Assembly (NCBI GenBank): GCA_965225855.1
Contig: CBDDCK010000003.1
Coordinates: forward strand, 1-54,531
Direction: 5' to 3'
Source: Spirochaetia bacterium
GTDB taxonomy: Bacteria; Spirochaetota; Spirochaetia; SP-2023
Length of the DNA stretch: 54,531 bases
The first letter of the stretch is position 1. Every line of letters begins with the position of its first letter. The notes under the pieces are model-generated. The model made no database searches. It was not told where the DNA came from and saw only the letters and a list, made by a program, of their open reading frames with translations. Made by a program: the position numbers and the translations under genes. Shown here in pieces: positions 38,126 through 48,054 of this stretch.

Positions 38126-40153
38126 CTACTCAACAACTCCTGTAACTTCAATACTAGTTGTTGGGTCTGCTGAACCACCAATTACAAATCCTGCTGCTAC
38201 TTCCAGGTTGTATGCACCATTATCATCACTTTCACCATTCTTAACCAATATCTCATCGGCTTTGGTTTTTACACTACCGCTTAAAGTAATATATAAGATG
38301 CTTCTAGTTGGATTAGAACCTGTGGCTGTGTTTTCACCTACAGTTGAGTGCCGGGGTAATGTGTATTTCTTCTTACCATCACCGGATACAAGCGTCAATT
38401 TGCTAAAGTCCCACTCTGCAACTGTTGTCGGTAAATTGTAACCAGAAATCAATAATATGCCTCTATTAGCAAAGTAGTATGCGTCATCGATTCTGACTAC
38501 ATGCCCACTAACGGTAATAGGGTTATTGCTTGTGTCTGCTGCGCTACCACCTGCAAATCCTGCTGCTGCTTCCAGGTTGTATGCACCATTAGCATCACGA
38601 ACACCATTCTTAACCAATATATTCCTGGCTTTCGTGTATTCACTACCCTTTAAAGTAATCGTTAAGCTTGTTGCACTTGCTGCAGAACCTGTGGCTCTGT
38701 TTCTACCGGTTGGTCTGTGCCGTAATAATGGTTGACTCTTACGACCATTACCTGCGACAAGCCTCAATTTGCTAAAGTCCCAGCCTGTAACTGCTTTTGG
38801 TAAATTAGTACCTGTAATCACTAACACACTTGTAGCAACATTGTAGCTTGCACTAGTAATTGTGGGTGGATTTCCACTAACGGCCAAGGCTTTGGCTGTA
38901 TTTAAACCTGCCCAAGCACCAGTGCCAACGCTAAGTAACCCATCTTTTAGACCATTGCTATCCATACCGGGCTTGCCATTCAGAGCATCTTTATCGGTAT
39001 CGGTAAGTTTCAGCCAAAGCGCTGTGCCATCTCTTTTAATACGGTACTTACCTTTTGCAAGACTGCGACTATCTGGCCCAGTGGCATCCTCATCTGCAGT
39101 ATAGGAATTTAAGGCTAGGCCAGCTACCGTGATGGTTTGGATTTGTGCTTGGGTCGCACTACCTAAGTGAGTACCTTGTACGGTTAACAGCGCCGTGCCA
39201 ACATGGTAGCTTGCACGGGTAATTGTGGGGTTTCCACTAACGGCCAAGGCTTTGGCTGTATTTAAACCCGCCCAAGTACCAGTGCCAACGCTAAGCAACC
39301 CATCTTTTAGACCATTGCTATCCATACCGGGCTTGCCATTCAGAGCATCTTTATCGGTATCGGTAAGTTTCAGCCAAAGCGCTGTGCCATCTCTTTTAAT
39401 ACGGTACTTACCTTTTGCAAGACTGCGACTATCTGGCCCAGTGGCATCCTCATCTGCAGTATAGGAATTTAAGGCTAGGCCAGCTACCGTGATGGTTTGG
39501 ATTTGTGCTTGGGTCGCACTACCTAAGTGAGTACCTTGTACGGTTAACAGCGCCGTGCCAACATGGTAGCTTGCACGGGTAATTGCGGCTTTAGGCGACT
39601 CTTCTTCAGCTTGTTCGACTTGTTCAGCTTGTTCAGCTTGTTCAGTTTGCTTAGATGGCTGATTGTCATCGGATACTTTAGACTGCTTATTTTCGGGTAC
39701 ATTACTAACGTCCAAGTCTTTAGGTGTATTTAAACCCGCCCAAGTACCAGAGCTAGTAAGCAACCCTTTTTTTAGACCATCGCTACCCACCTTGGCCTCA
39801 AGAACAGCTTTATGTTGCTCGGTAAGTTTCAGCCAAAGCGCTGTGCCATCGCTTTTAATACGGTACTTACCTTTTGCAAGATCGCTACTATCTGGCCCAG
39901 TGGCTGGGTCATCTGCAGTATAGGAACTTAAGGCTACGCCATCTACTACAATGGTTTGGATTTGCGCTTCTGTAGGACTTAAGTTAGAACCTTGTACGGT
40001 TAACAGAGCCGTAGCAAAGTCGTAGATGGCGTTATTGATAGTCGGCTTAGACGGCGCAGAAGATCGATCATCGTCATCGGGCGGGGCGCAGGCCAAGGCC
40101 ATAAAGGCCAGTAGCCAGGCTAATGGCAATAAAAATAGTTTGAGCTTATACAT
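38126..40153 (-). CDS. Surface lipoprotein paralog 3 (A-linker-A-A-B-B)
   Basis: ATG 40153 with GGAGGT RBS; lipobox MALA-C; near-perfect 360-bp internal repeat. Confidence 0.9.
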   Translation of the reverse strand: MYKLKLFLLPLAWLLAFMALACAPPDDDDRSSAPSKPTINNAIYDFATALLTVQGSNLSPTEAQIQTIVVDGVALSSYTADDPATGPDSSDLAKGKYRIKSDGTALWLKLTEQHKAVLEAKVGSDGLKKGLLTSSGTWAGLNTPKDLDVSNVPENKQSKVSDDNQPSKQTEQAEQAEQVEQAEEESPKAAITRASYHVGTALLTVQGTHLGSATQAQIQTITVAGLALNSYTADEDATGPDSRSLAKGKYRIKRDGTALWLKLTDTDKDALNGKPGMDSNGLKDGLLSVGTGTWAGLNTAKALAVSGNPTITRASYHVGTALLTVQGTHLGSATQAQIQTITVAGLALNSYTADEDATGPDSRSLAKGKYRIKRDGTALWLKLTDTDKDALNGKPGMDSNGLKDGLLSVGTGAWAGLNTAKALAVSGNPPTITSASYNVATSVLVITGTNLPKAVTGWDFSKLRLVAGNGRKSQPLLRHRPTGRNRATGSAASATSLTITLKGSEYTKARNILVKNGVRDANGAYNLEAAAGFAGGSAADTSNNPITVSGHVVRIDDAYYFANRGILLISGYNLPTTVAEWDFSKLTLVSGDGKKKYTLPRHSTVGENTATGSNPTRSILYITLSGSVKTKADEILVKNGESDDNGAYNLEVAAGFVIGGSADPTTSIEVTGVVE

Positions 40154-40500
40154 AAGCAATACCTCCAAAAATGGCTTGAGATTGACAAAACCCATACGGG
40201 CTATTGTACAGTGCCCCATTTTGCTAGGGGGGGTGTTGCGTCAAGGCCCATACAAGCTTTTTGTAAGTTTTTTTGTGCTTTTTTTATGTTTGGGGTACTT
40301 TTTTTGTGTCTTATTTGTTTTTTAGTGTTGGTTGGTGGTTAAAAATCCATGCCAATCCATTTGCATTTAATATTATTGTAATCTATAAACCATCAAAGCA
40401 ACCAATCCATAGCTATAGACGCAGCAAGTCGATAACTATGGACCGACCTAGTCCATAATTGTTACTTTTCAAAAGTACATATTTATGGCATGGTTTGGTT
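40154..40500 (-). promoter_or_regulatory. 5' module (copy 3) extended by a 23-bp-period palindrome array
   Basis: TTGACG-CAACA-C7; palindrome units TCCATARYTATGGA-like at 40406, 40429 and half-site 40452; homologous to 51415-51640. Confidence 0.7.
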
Positions 40501-40566
40501 TTTATTATGAAAGTTTGGGGGGTAGTGGCTTTTTGATAAAGAGCCTGTTAAAGGAGTCTAGTTTAT

Positions 40567-40727
40567 CAAAAATCTAAAAAACCTTACAAGGGCCTTGAGG
40601 CAGTTCCCCCACACAATAGGGCTACATACCGCAGCCTGTAGGGGGTTGCCAGCATTTTCTCTTATGGAGGTTATTCTTATGCATAAAAAAATTATTTTTA
40701 ATGCCAATGGCCTGGCTATTGAGCTTC
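40567..40727 (+). pseudogene. 5' remnant of a fifth lipoprotein paralog
   Basis: GGCCTTGAGG..C5..ACACAATAGGGCT..GGAGGT..ATG(40679). Removing one A from the A7 run gives MHKKLFLMPMAWLLSF vs MYKLKLFLLPLAWLLAF; homology then ends. Confidence 0.7.
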
Positions 40728-40912
40728 GAGACGTGATAACTAGGGATTTTTTTGGACAGTGGCATCAGTGAATTTTATAGATTCAGTGGTATGTCTTACT
40801 GGAGATGCCAACGATGTTTGTCCATTCTATTTTTGGCAAGGGCAGCGTATAGATTAGCGCCGTAGATTGGCATGGCTGATAAAGATACCCGTAACTTCCT
40901 GGAATCTAAATC

Positions 40913-42673
40913 TTATAAAAGGCTGTGATAACTGCCCCCATAGTACAGTAGAGGTTGCTTGTCTTGTGAAGCAAAATGTAAAACCCGACCCAGCAAGATT
41001 TGGTGATCTCCTCCTTCTATAATTTGCTCTAAGCTGCAGTCCAAAGACGCTAAGCAATTAGGCAAAATTGGGGCACCGCGTTGCCAAGATTCTTTATTTG
41101 TAAAATTTTCAAATTTGGCTTCAGCTGGGTTGCTAAAAATCTGTGCTAAATGTTTTTGCTCTTCACTCAAAATATTAACTGCGAAAACACTGCTTGCCTG
41201 AATCATAGAGATGATAATATTGCCTTTACTCAAACAGAACTGCACCAAAGGTGGTGTAAGAGAAACCGAGCTAAAGGAATTGACGGTGATGCCATATATT
41301 TTTTCTCCGCTGCGGGTACTAATTATAGTTACGCCTGTGGCAAAATTTGCCAGAGTTTGGCGCAATTCTCGATGTTCGCAGTTGTTATGTAAAGATACAA
41401 TGGCATGCTTGCGATGGCGTATCAGACCAAGGCAAATATCGCGCAACAGGCCATTACAATTGGGGCCATGATCGGGGTAACGGTGATAATCGTCACCATT
41501 GTGAACCACCAATTTACCACCACGACCATCGTCGCGTGGATATTGCCACATCCAATCTGAAGGCTCAGCTTCGCTGCCAATTTGCGTCAAGCAAATAGCA
41601 TTTTCTGGCATTGGCGAAAAGCCGCGACTGTACTGGCCAAGTACACCATCCCAGCTATCAAAATCTACTGGCATATTGGCAAAAAAGCCGTAAGGGTCAT
41701 TTGCTATTCGTACTTTTAAATTGGTAAATGGCTTCGGAGAAACAATTTGAAAAAGCTTGAGCACCGGCAGCCATTCAATTGCTGCTTCTGTGCTGACAAT
41801 TAACTGGCCACCACACTTTAGATAATCCATAAATTTTTGCTGTTGGGATCGTAGATACAATTGGTCACAAATTCTTGGCACTACAACAATATCGTTCTTA
41901 AAAACTTCATCGTCCAAATTTTCTATTGACTGAAAGTGCAAAATTCCAGCAGTGCCTTTAAAAGTTTCCTGTAGATAAATTGGTCTGGATTCATTGGGGG
42001 CATCACTGGCCGAAAGGTAGCACACGGTAAATGGTGATATAGTTTGTAGGTCGCGCTGTAGTTCATGATTCAACCAAGGGTAAAAACCATCTAAAAAACG
42101 TTTTGTTGCAGGCATAAAACGCTGACCGTTATGACTGTGGGGGTCTAGCGTGGTAAGCATGATGCGCCCGCCACCAGGCAAATCTGGAAAATCCGCCAAA
42201 ACCGAGCCTCCATCATTTTGTACGTTAAGCAATGATATACCATTATGCTCGTAAACTCCGTGCCAGTGCCAAGACATATCTGCAAGACTAATAAAATTAC
42301 AGAGGCTGTGTTGTGGGTGAGGTAAGTATAGCTCAATCTGATTACCGGGCTTCATCCACCACTTCCAATCTTGAATCCGTCTGTCGTGCCATTTTAGATA
42401 GACTGGCGGGCGCAGCCATTGTTCTATACCTCCCACTGCAAAAGCAATCAAAAAGCCGCCTTGTGCCACATAACAATTGAACAAGTCTGCATGAGCGGCT
42501 ACCTTTGCGGCATGGCTGTGACAGGAAATAATCAACGCAGCATATTGGCTCAAATCCACTTGAGGCAAAGTTTGCAAATAGAGCATATCGTCCATAAAAT
42601 GCGCATAGTCGCGGAATGAAAATATCTGCGATCCACAGCCCCAAGTGATATAAGCAATTTTATTAACTCCCAT
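40913..42673 (-). CDS. Fusion: two GATase-I-like (tentative) domains plus C-terminal flavin reductase
   Basis: C-terminal FATGVTIIST..GITVNSFSSVSLTPPL..FAVNILS..GDHQILLG..PLLYY is flavin reductase; the N-terminal ~430 aa contains two related halves. Start 42673 or 42709. Confidence 0.75.
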   Translation of the reverse strand: MGVNKIAYITWGCGSQIFSFRDYAHFMDDMLYLQTLPQVDLSQYAALIISCHSHAAKVAAHADLFNCYVAQGGFLIAFAVGGIEQWLRPPVYLKWHDRRIQDWKWWMKPGNQIELYLPHPQHSLCNFISLADMSWHWHGVYEHNGISLLNVQNDGGSVLADFPDLPGGGRIMLTTLDPHSHNGQRFMPATKRFLDGFYPWLNHELQRDLQTISPFTVCYLSASDAPNESRPIYLQETFKGTAGILHFQSIENLDDEVFKNDIVVVPRICDQLYLRSQQQKFMDYLKCGGQLIVSTEAAIEWLPVLKLFQIVSPKPFTNLKVRIANDPYGFFANMPVDFDSWDGVLGQYSRGFSPMPENAICLTQIGSEAEPSDWMWQYPRDDGRGGKLVVHNGDDYHRYPDHGPNCNGLLRDICLGLIRHRKHAIVSLHNNCEHRELRQTLANFATGVTIISTRSGEKIYGITVNSFSSVSLTPPLVQFCLSKGNIIISMIQASSVFAVNILSEEQKHLAQIFSNPAEAKFENFTNKESWQRGAPILPNCLASLDCSLEQIIEGGDHQILLGRVLHFASQDKQPLLYYGGSYHSLL

Positions 42674-42712
42674 TAAACACCTTTTACTTTTGCTATTTTT
42701 TAGGGTCAAATT

Positions 42713-43462
42713 CTAAGCTCGAATTGCCGTACGAAAACGGGGCGCCAAAGTGATAGTATGATCGTTGATAAACAGTGCCTTGGCTACATCGATACGATAC
42801 AATTCAGAAAGATTAGTTTCGTTTAATATTTCTGAAATTTTACCATAGAGGTAATCTGTCCTTCCTTTTATAAGTAACGCATGAGATGCAACCTCCAGAG
42901 CATGTTGTGGCATATGGGTAGAGAACACTACTGTCAAATTCATCTGTTGATTGAGCAGACAAATCTTTTCTAACACACTAGCTTGGTTATAATAATCAAG
43001 CGCAGAACAAGGTTCATCCAAAACGAGCAAATTGCATTCAGAACAAAGGGCTTGAGCTATCATAACTAGTTGTCTTTGCCCACCGCTTAAATGATTAAAA
43101 TCCCGCTGACTCAAAGAATCCATGCCTATCCATTCCAAATAATGGTGGGCCAACTCAAAATCCCGCTGGCCAGGAGAGCTAGTTAGTCCCAAATAACGAG
43201 CTCTGCCCATCAGTACGGTATCTAAAACGGAATAGCTAAACGGCATACCAAATATTTGCGGTACATAACCAATAATACCACTCGCCACAATACTACCAGA
43301 ACGCGGCTGCCTATTACCAATAATGCCATTGAGCAATGTGGTTTTGCCAACACCGTTAGACCCCATAATGGCCAAAACACTTCCACTTTTTAAACAAAAG
43401 TTATAATCTTCAAGAATAACGGTTCTATCTATTGCCAAGGTTGCCTGCTGGAATTCAAGCAT
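42713..43462 (-). CDS. Iron/siderophore ABC transporter ATP-binding protein
   Basis: GSNGVGKTT, LSGGQRQ, LDEP, STH. Confidence 0.92.
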   Translation of the reverse strand: MLEFQQATLAIDRTVILEDYNFCLKSGSVLAIMGSNGVGKTTLLNGIIGNRQPRSGSIVASGIIGYVPQIFGMPFSYSVLDTVLMGRARYLGLTSSPGQRDFELAHHYLEWIGMDSLSQRDFNHLSGGQRQLVMIAQALCSECNLLVLDEPCSALDYYNQASVLEKICLLNQQMNLTVVFSTHMPQHALEVASHALLIKGRTDYLYGKISEILNETNLSELYRIDVAKALFINDHTITLAPRFRTAIRA

Positions 43463-44525
43463 GAGCCCAACCACTTTGTTGTTCTTTAGCACGGCGCATA
43501 ATCACGGCAAACACTGGCACCCCAACTAATGAAGTTACAATTCCTATCGGAATCTCAGTCTCTGTTGCCGTGCGAGCAATATCGTCGATACCTAACATAA
43601 AAATCGAACCAATTAGTGCCGCAACTGGCAACAATCGGACGTGATTAGCCCCAACCCAAAAGCGAGCAATGTGTGGCACAATTAAACCCAGCCAGCCGAT
43701 AGAACCTGCTGTAGCAACAACGCCTGCAGAAATCAATGCCATGGATACCAGTAGCAACCAACGGACTTTAGCAAAAGGAATTCCTAGAGCCCTGGCTCGC
43801 TCTTCTCCAAGAGATACTACATTTAACTGGTTGCGCAGGCTATACAGTAATAAAGAGGCTGGCAATACGCTAATAGTTAAAGGAACTAGATTTGAGTAAC
43901 CCACAGAAGCAATACTTCCCATAAGCCAGTAAGTAATGGAGGGCAATTTAGCAAACGGATCGGCAAGCAATTTAATAATAGAAATGGCAGAACCAAAGAA
44001 AGTAGAAACTATCACTCCAACCAGCACCAGCGACAACACCGACATTCGGCCATTGATGCGGGCGAGTACCATAACCGCCAGTATACTTAACATACCAAAC
44101 GCAAAGGCAAAAACCAAAGTGAGCAGGGAACTCTCAAATAGTAATATTGCTAAAGTGCCGCCAAAGGCAGCACCAGAAGTTACGCCGATAATTCCCGAAT
44201 CGACCAGTGGATTACAAAACAAACCCTGAGCTGAGGCTCCAGACACTGCCAAACCCAAACCGATGAGAATGGCAGCCAGTATTCTAGGCAAACGAATCCA
44301 TAACACAATGCGCTGCTCTATAGAAGTCTGTTCGTGTATTTCATTTAATGAGGGCAAACCTAATAAGATACCAAAAACTTTAGAAACACCAATGGTATAA
44401 CGCCCTAACGAAGCAGAAAACAGAGCAAGCAATAGCAGAACAACAAGCAAAATGTAAAATACCTTGTCTCTGCCAATTGAGTAAGGCTTATCTTGTGAAT
44501 GCTTGGAATTTTTCGGCATAGCCAT
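43455..44525 (-). CDS. FecCD-family ABC permease
   Basis: IRLPRILAA, NPLVDSGIIGVTSGA, LGEERARALG, GSIGWLGLIVPH, EIPIGIVTSLVG. Confidence 0.93.
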   Translation of the reverse strand: MAMPKNSKHSQDKPYSIGRDKVFYILLVVLLLLALFSASLGRYTIGVSKVFGILLGLPSLNEIHEQTSIEQRIVLWIRLPRILAAILIGLGLAVSGASAQGLFCNPLVDSGIIGVTSGAAFGGTLAILLFESSLLTLVFAFAFGMLSILAVMVLARINGRMSVLSLVLVGVIVSTFFGSAISIIKLLADPFAKLPSITYWLMGSIASVGYSNLVPLTISVLPASLLLYSLRNQLNVVSLGEERARALGIPFAKVRWLLLVSMALISAGVVATAGSIGWLGLIVPHIARFWVGANHVRLLPVAALIGSIFMLGIDDIARTATETEIPIGIVTSLVGVPVFAVIMRRAKEQQSGWAHA

Positions 44526-45567
44526 AACTTTCCTTATTCTGTTCTAGCTGCATAATTCGGCTATACTGCTCATCAGAAATTTCAACGTCATAGATTTTCT
44601 TATATGCTTGACGCAACATTGTGGGAAAATCTTTTTCTGCCATTTCTGGGTGGCTAAGCAACGCAACCCACTGCAAAGTAAGGTATGATTCTGGTGCATC
44701 AGGAGAACGATTAAATAAGGGGATTTTATAGACCCTTTTATTTTGTATTGCCTGTAAGTCGGCTAGAAGAGAATTCTCGTAAAAAGATTTTGGTGTAAGC
44801 TCTTCAGCATAAGCTGGTATCAGAATAAACTCTGGATTCCAAATATAAATTTGCTCTAAATTTACGTTATTCCACCAACTACTGTTTCGATCGTAACCAG
44901 CATTTTCTACCTTGGCGATGGTGTAGTCTGTAGAGTTATTAGCAATGATACGCACATCTTGAGCAATTTGATCTATTTCGAGCATACTCACCATCACCAC
45001 TTTATCTGATAGTTTTCTCTTTAGTTCTGAATTTGCCGTTGCAATTTGGTCTAAAATATCTGTAGCACGGTCACTACGCTGTGCAGCTGAACCAGACATC
45101 TTTATATATTGGCGGCGGTCTTCTTCTGTACAACAGCTCCAGGTTGCAACGGTAAGACCAACTCTCTCCATTGGCTCTACGATCTTTGGATCGTGGCCCC
45201 ACTGAAATATCAGGTCTGGATCGTTCTTTAATATTTCTTCAACATTCGGGACAAAATCATTTTTTGCAGCGTTGGCCGGAACGGTGCGGAAATATGGGAA
45301 AAATTCGGCATATATACTGTTTTTTATAGTCTTTTGAGACTTCTCCGTAATATTGACAATTTTTTGAGGCTGCAAGCTGACGGCACTGTAAATAATGGGT
45401 GCCGAACTTGCTATAGCTACAATTCTCTGCGGCGGTCCAGATAAGGAAATTTGGTTTCCTCTACTATCGAGAAAGTTCACAGAAGCGAGCTCCACTTTCT
45501 TTTTGGTACAGCTCAACAACAAAATCAACACACAAAAGCCAAGGTACTTAATAGTTAAATAACGCAT
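44488..45567 (-). CDS. Iron-complex ABC substrate-binding lipoprotein
   Basis: Lipobox LLLS-C, PQRIVA, PNVEEILKNDPDLI, AIQNKRVY; GGAG RBS before ATG 45567. Confidence 0.88.
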   Translation of the reverse strand: MRYLTIKYLGFCVLILLLSCTKKKVELASVNFLDSRGNQISLSGPPQRIVAIASSAPIIYSAVSLQPQKIVNITEKSQKTIKNSIYAEFFPYFRTVPANAAKNDFVPNVEEILKNDPDLIFQWGHDPKIVEPMERVGLTVATWSCCTEEDRRQYIKMSGSAAQRSDRATDILDQIATANSELKRKLSDKVVMVSMLEIDQIAQDVRIIANNSTDYTIAKVENAGYDRNSSWWNNVNLEQIYIWNPEFILIPAYAEELTPKSFYENSLLADLQAIQNKRVYKIPLFNRSPDAPESYLTLQWVALLSHPEMAEKDFPTMLRQAYKKIYDVEISDEQYSRIMQLEQNKESYGYAEKFQAFTR

Positions 45568-45582
45568 AAATTTCTCCATCAC

Positions 45583-45631
45583 TTGATTATGATAATTATT
45601 TTTAGATATTAATCATAATTATCATAATCAA
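45583..45631 (-). promoter_or_regulatory. Fur-box-like operator (perfect 17-bp inverted repeat)
   Basis: TTGATTATGATAATTAT-N15-ATAATTATCATAATCAA; minus strand GATTATGATAATTATGATT matches GATAATGATAATCATTATC at 15/19. Confidence 0.7.
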
Positions 45632-45873
45632 TAAGTTAGCTTATATCAAGCTTCTATCAAAAAAAACAAAAAAATTTGAACCATCCACAAACGTCACCAA
45701 AGCCAAGGAATATTTGACTAAGCCATACTAACCTATTTTATCATCACCCACCAATACCCAACAAAAAAGCCAACCAAGCATTGCTTACCGCATTTACTTG
45801 GTTGGCCTGCCCGCTAGCTTTCACTTAGCTGCTATAAGAGCTATTGGGCAAGTAAGGTTAAAAGAAACCTTAC

Positions 45874-48054
45874 TTAAAAAATTTTAAATTCAATACTAGT
45901 GGTTAGGTCTTCTGGACTACCAGGTACAAATTCTGCTGCTGCTTCCAGGTTATATGCACCATTATCATCACTTTCACCCTCCTTAACCAGTATCTTCTCG
46001 ACTTCCGCTTTTACACTACCGCTTAAAGTAATTGTTAATCTTGTTGCACCTGCACTAGAACCTGTGGCTCTGTTTGCACCTACAGTTGAGTGCCGTGGTA
46101 ATGTGAATCTCTTACTACCATCACCAGATACAAGCGTCAATTTGCTAAAGTCCCAGTCTGCAACTGCTCTCGGTAACCTGCTACCTCTAATATATAAATG
46201 GCTTAGAAGAGAATAGTAGATTGCACTGGTGATGCTGGCTACATACCCACTAACGGTAATAGGATTGCTTGTGTCTTCTGCGCTACCACCTGCAAAGCCT
46301 GCTGCTGCTTCCAGGTTGTATGCACCATTAGCATCACTATCACCTTCCTTAACCAGTATCTTCTCGGCTTCCGCTTTTACACTACCGCTTAAAGTAATAC
46401 TTAAGTAGGTTGTACCTGCACGAGAACCTGTGGCTGTGTTTTCACCTGCAGTTGCGTGCCGGGGTAATGTGTAGCTCTTACTACCATCACCGGATACAAG
46501 CCTCAATTTGCTAAAGTCCCAGTCTGCAACTGCTCTCGGTAACTTGATACCTCTAATATATAACTCGCCTGTATTAGCATCGTAGGTTGCTTCGGTGATG
46601 CTGGCTGTATACCCGCTAACGGTAATAGGATTGGTTGTGTCTTCTGCGCTACCACCTGCAAATCCTGCTGCTGCTTCCAGGTTGTATGCACCATTAGCAT
46701 CACTATCACCATCGTTAACCAGTATCTTCTCGGCTTCCGTTTTTACACTACCAATTAAAGTAATCTGTAAGCCTGTTGCACTTGCACTAGAACCTGCGGC
46801 TCTGTTTCTACTTTCAGAACCATAGGCTCTGTTGTTATGCCGGGGTAATGTGAATCTCTTAGTACCATCACCGGATACAATCGTCAATTTGCTAAAGTCC
46901 CAGCCTGTAACTGCTTTTGGTAAATTAGTACCTGTAATCACTAAGAAGCCTATAGTAACATCATAGGTTGCACGGGTAATTGTGGGTGCGGGGTTTCCAC
47001 TAACGTCCAAGGCTTTGGCTGTATCTAAACCCGCCCAAGCACCAGTGCTAGTAAGCAACCCATCTTTTAGACCATTGCTATCCATACCTGTTTTGCCATT
47101 CAGAGTAGCTTTATGTTGATCGGTAAGTTTCAGCCAAAGCGCTGTGCCATCGCTTTTCATGCGGTACTTACCTTTTGCAAGACCACGACTATCTGGCCCA
47201 GTGGCTGTGGCATCTGCAGTATAGGAATCTAAAGCTACCCCATCTACCACGATGGTTTGGATTTGGGCTTGGGTCGCAGTTGTAGGACTTAAGTTAGAAC
47301 CTTGTACGGTTAACAGCGCCGTGCCAACATGGTAGCTTGCACGGGTAATTGCAGCTTGTTCGACTTGTTCGGCTTTAGGTTGCTTAGGCGACTCTTCTTC
47401 AGCTTGTTCGACTTCAGTTTGCTTACGCGACTCTTCTTCAGCTTGTTCGACTTCAGTTTGCTTACGCGACTCTTCTTCAGCTTGTTCGACTTGTTCGGCT
47501 TTAGCTTGCTTAGGCGACTGCTCTTCGACTTCTTCAGCTTGTTCGTCTTCAGTTTGCTTACGCGACTCTTCTTCGGTTTCGGTCTGCTTATCGGGTATAT
47601 TGCTAACGGTTAAGTCTTTGGCTGTATCTAAACCCGCCCAAGCACCAGAGCTAGTAAGCAACCCTTTTTTTAGACCATTGCTACCCACCTTGGCCTCAAG
47701 AGCAGCTTTATGTTCATCTTTAAGTTTCAGCCAAAGCTTTGTGCCATCGCTTTTAATACGGTACTTACCTTTTGCAAGACCGTTACTATCTGGCCCAGTG
47801 GCTGGGTCATCTGCAGTATAGGAACTTAAGGCTAGGCCAGCTACCGTGATAGTTTGGATTTGGGCTTCTGTAGGACTTAAGTCAGTACCTTGTACGGTTA
47901 ACAGAGCCGTAGCAAAGTCGTAGCTTGCACTGGTGATTGCAGGCCCAGAAGACGGCCCAGAAGATCGATCATCGTCATCGGGTGGTGCGCAGGCCAAGGC
48001 CATAAAGGCCAGTAGCAGTGCTACAGGCAATAAAAATAGTTTGAGCTTATACAT
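45874..48054 (-). CDS. Surface lipoprotein paralog 4 (A-long linker-A-B-B-B)
   Basis: ATG 48054 with GGAGGT RBS; lipobox MALA-C; repeated EEESRKQTEVEQA units in the linker. Confidence 0.9.
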   Translation of the reverse strand: MYKLKLFLLPVALLLAFMALACAPPDDDDRSSGPSSGPAITSASYDFATALLTVQGTDLSPTEAQIQTITVAGLALSSYTADDPATGPDSNGLAKGKYRIKSDGTKLWLKLKDEHKAALEAKVGSNGLKKGLLTSSGAWAGLDTAKDLTVSNIPDKQTETEEESRKQTEDEQAEEVEEQSPKQAKAEQVEQAEEESRKQTEVEQAEEESRKQTEVEQAEEESPKQPKAEQVEQAAITRASYHVGTALLTVQGSNLSPTTATQAQIQTIVVDGVALDSYTADATATGPDSRGLAKGKYRMKSDGTALWLKLTDQHKATLNGKTGMDSNGLKDGLLTSTGAWAGLDTAKALDVSGNPAPTITRATYDVTIGFLVITGTNLPKAVTGWDFSKLTIVSGDGTKRFTLPRHNNRAYGSESRNRAAGSSASATGLQITLIGSVKTEAEKILVNDGDSDANGAYNLEAAAGFAGGSAEDTTNPITVSGYTASITEATYDANTGELYIRGIKLPRAVADWDFSKLRLVSGDGSKSYTLPRHATAGENTATGSRAGTTYLSITLSGSVKAEAEKILVKEGDSDANGAYNLEAAAGFAGGSAEDTSNPITVSGYVASITSAIYYSLLSHLYIRGSRLPRAVADWDFSKLTLVSGDGSKRFTLPRHSTVGANRATGSSAGATRLTITLSGSVKAEVEKILVKEGESDDNGAYNLEAAAEFVPGSPEDLTTSIEFKIF

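Noticed and set aside
40382..40470. CRISPR- or TIGR-like guide array (also 51455-51530 and 31168-31223)
   Set aside because: Only 3-4 units; spacers are 9-12 nt and, for the 40.4/51.4 kb pair, homologous between loci; no cas or Nop-domain gene nearby.
45632..45873. Cobalamin riboswitch upstream of the FecCD-type operon
   Set aside because: No B12-box motifs; the region is lipoprotein 3' flank, and a Fur-like box explains regulation better.
13967..48054. Diversity-generating retroelement behind the lipoprotein variation
   Set aside because: Differences are not adenine-specific and include indels; no reverse transcriptase or non-coding template repeat in the window.
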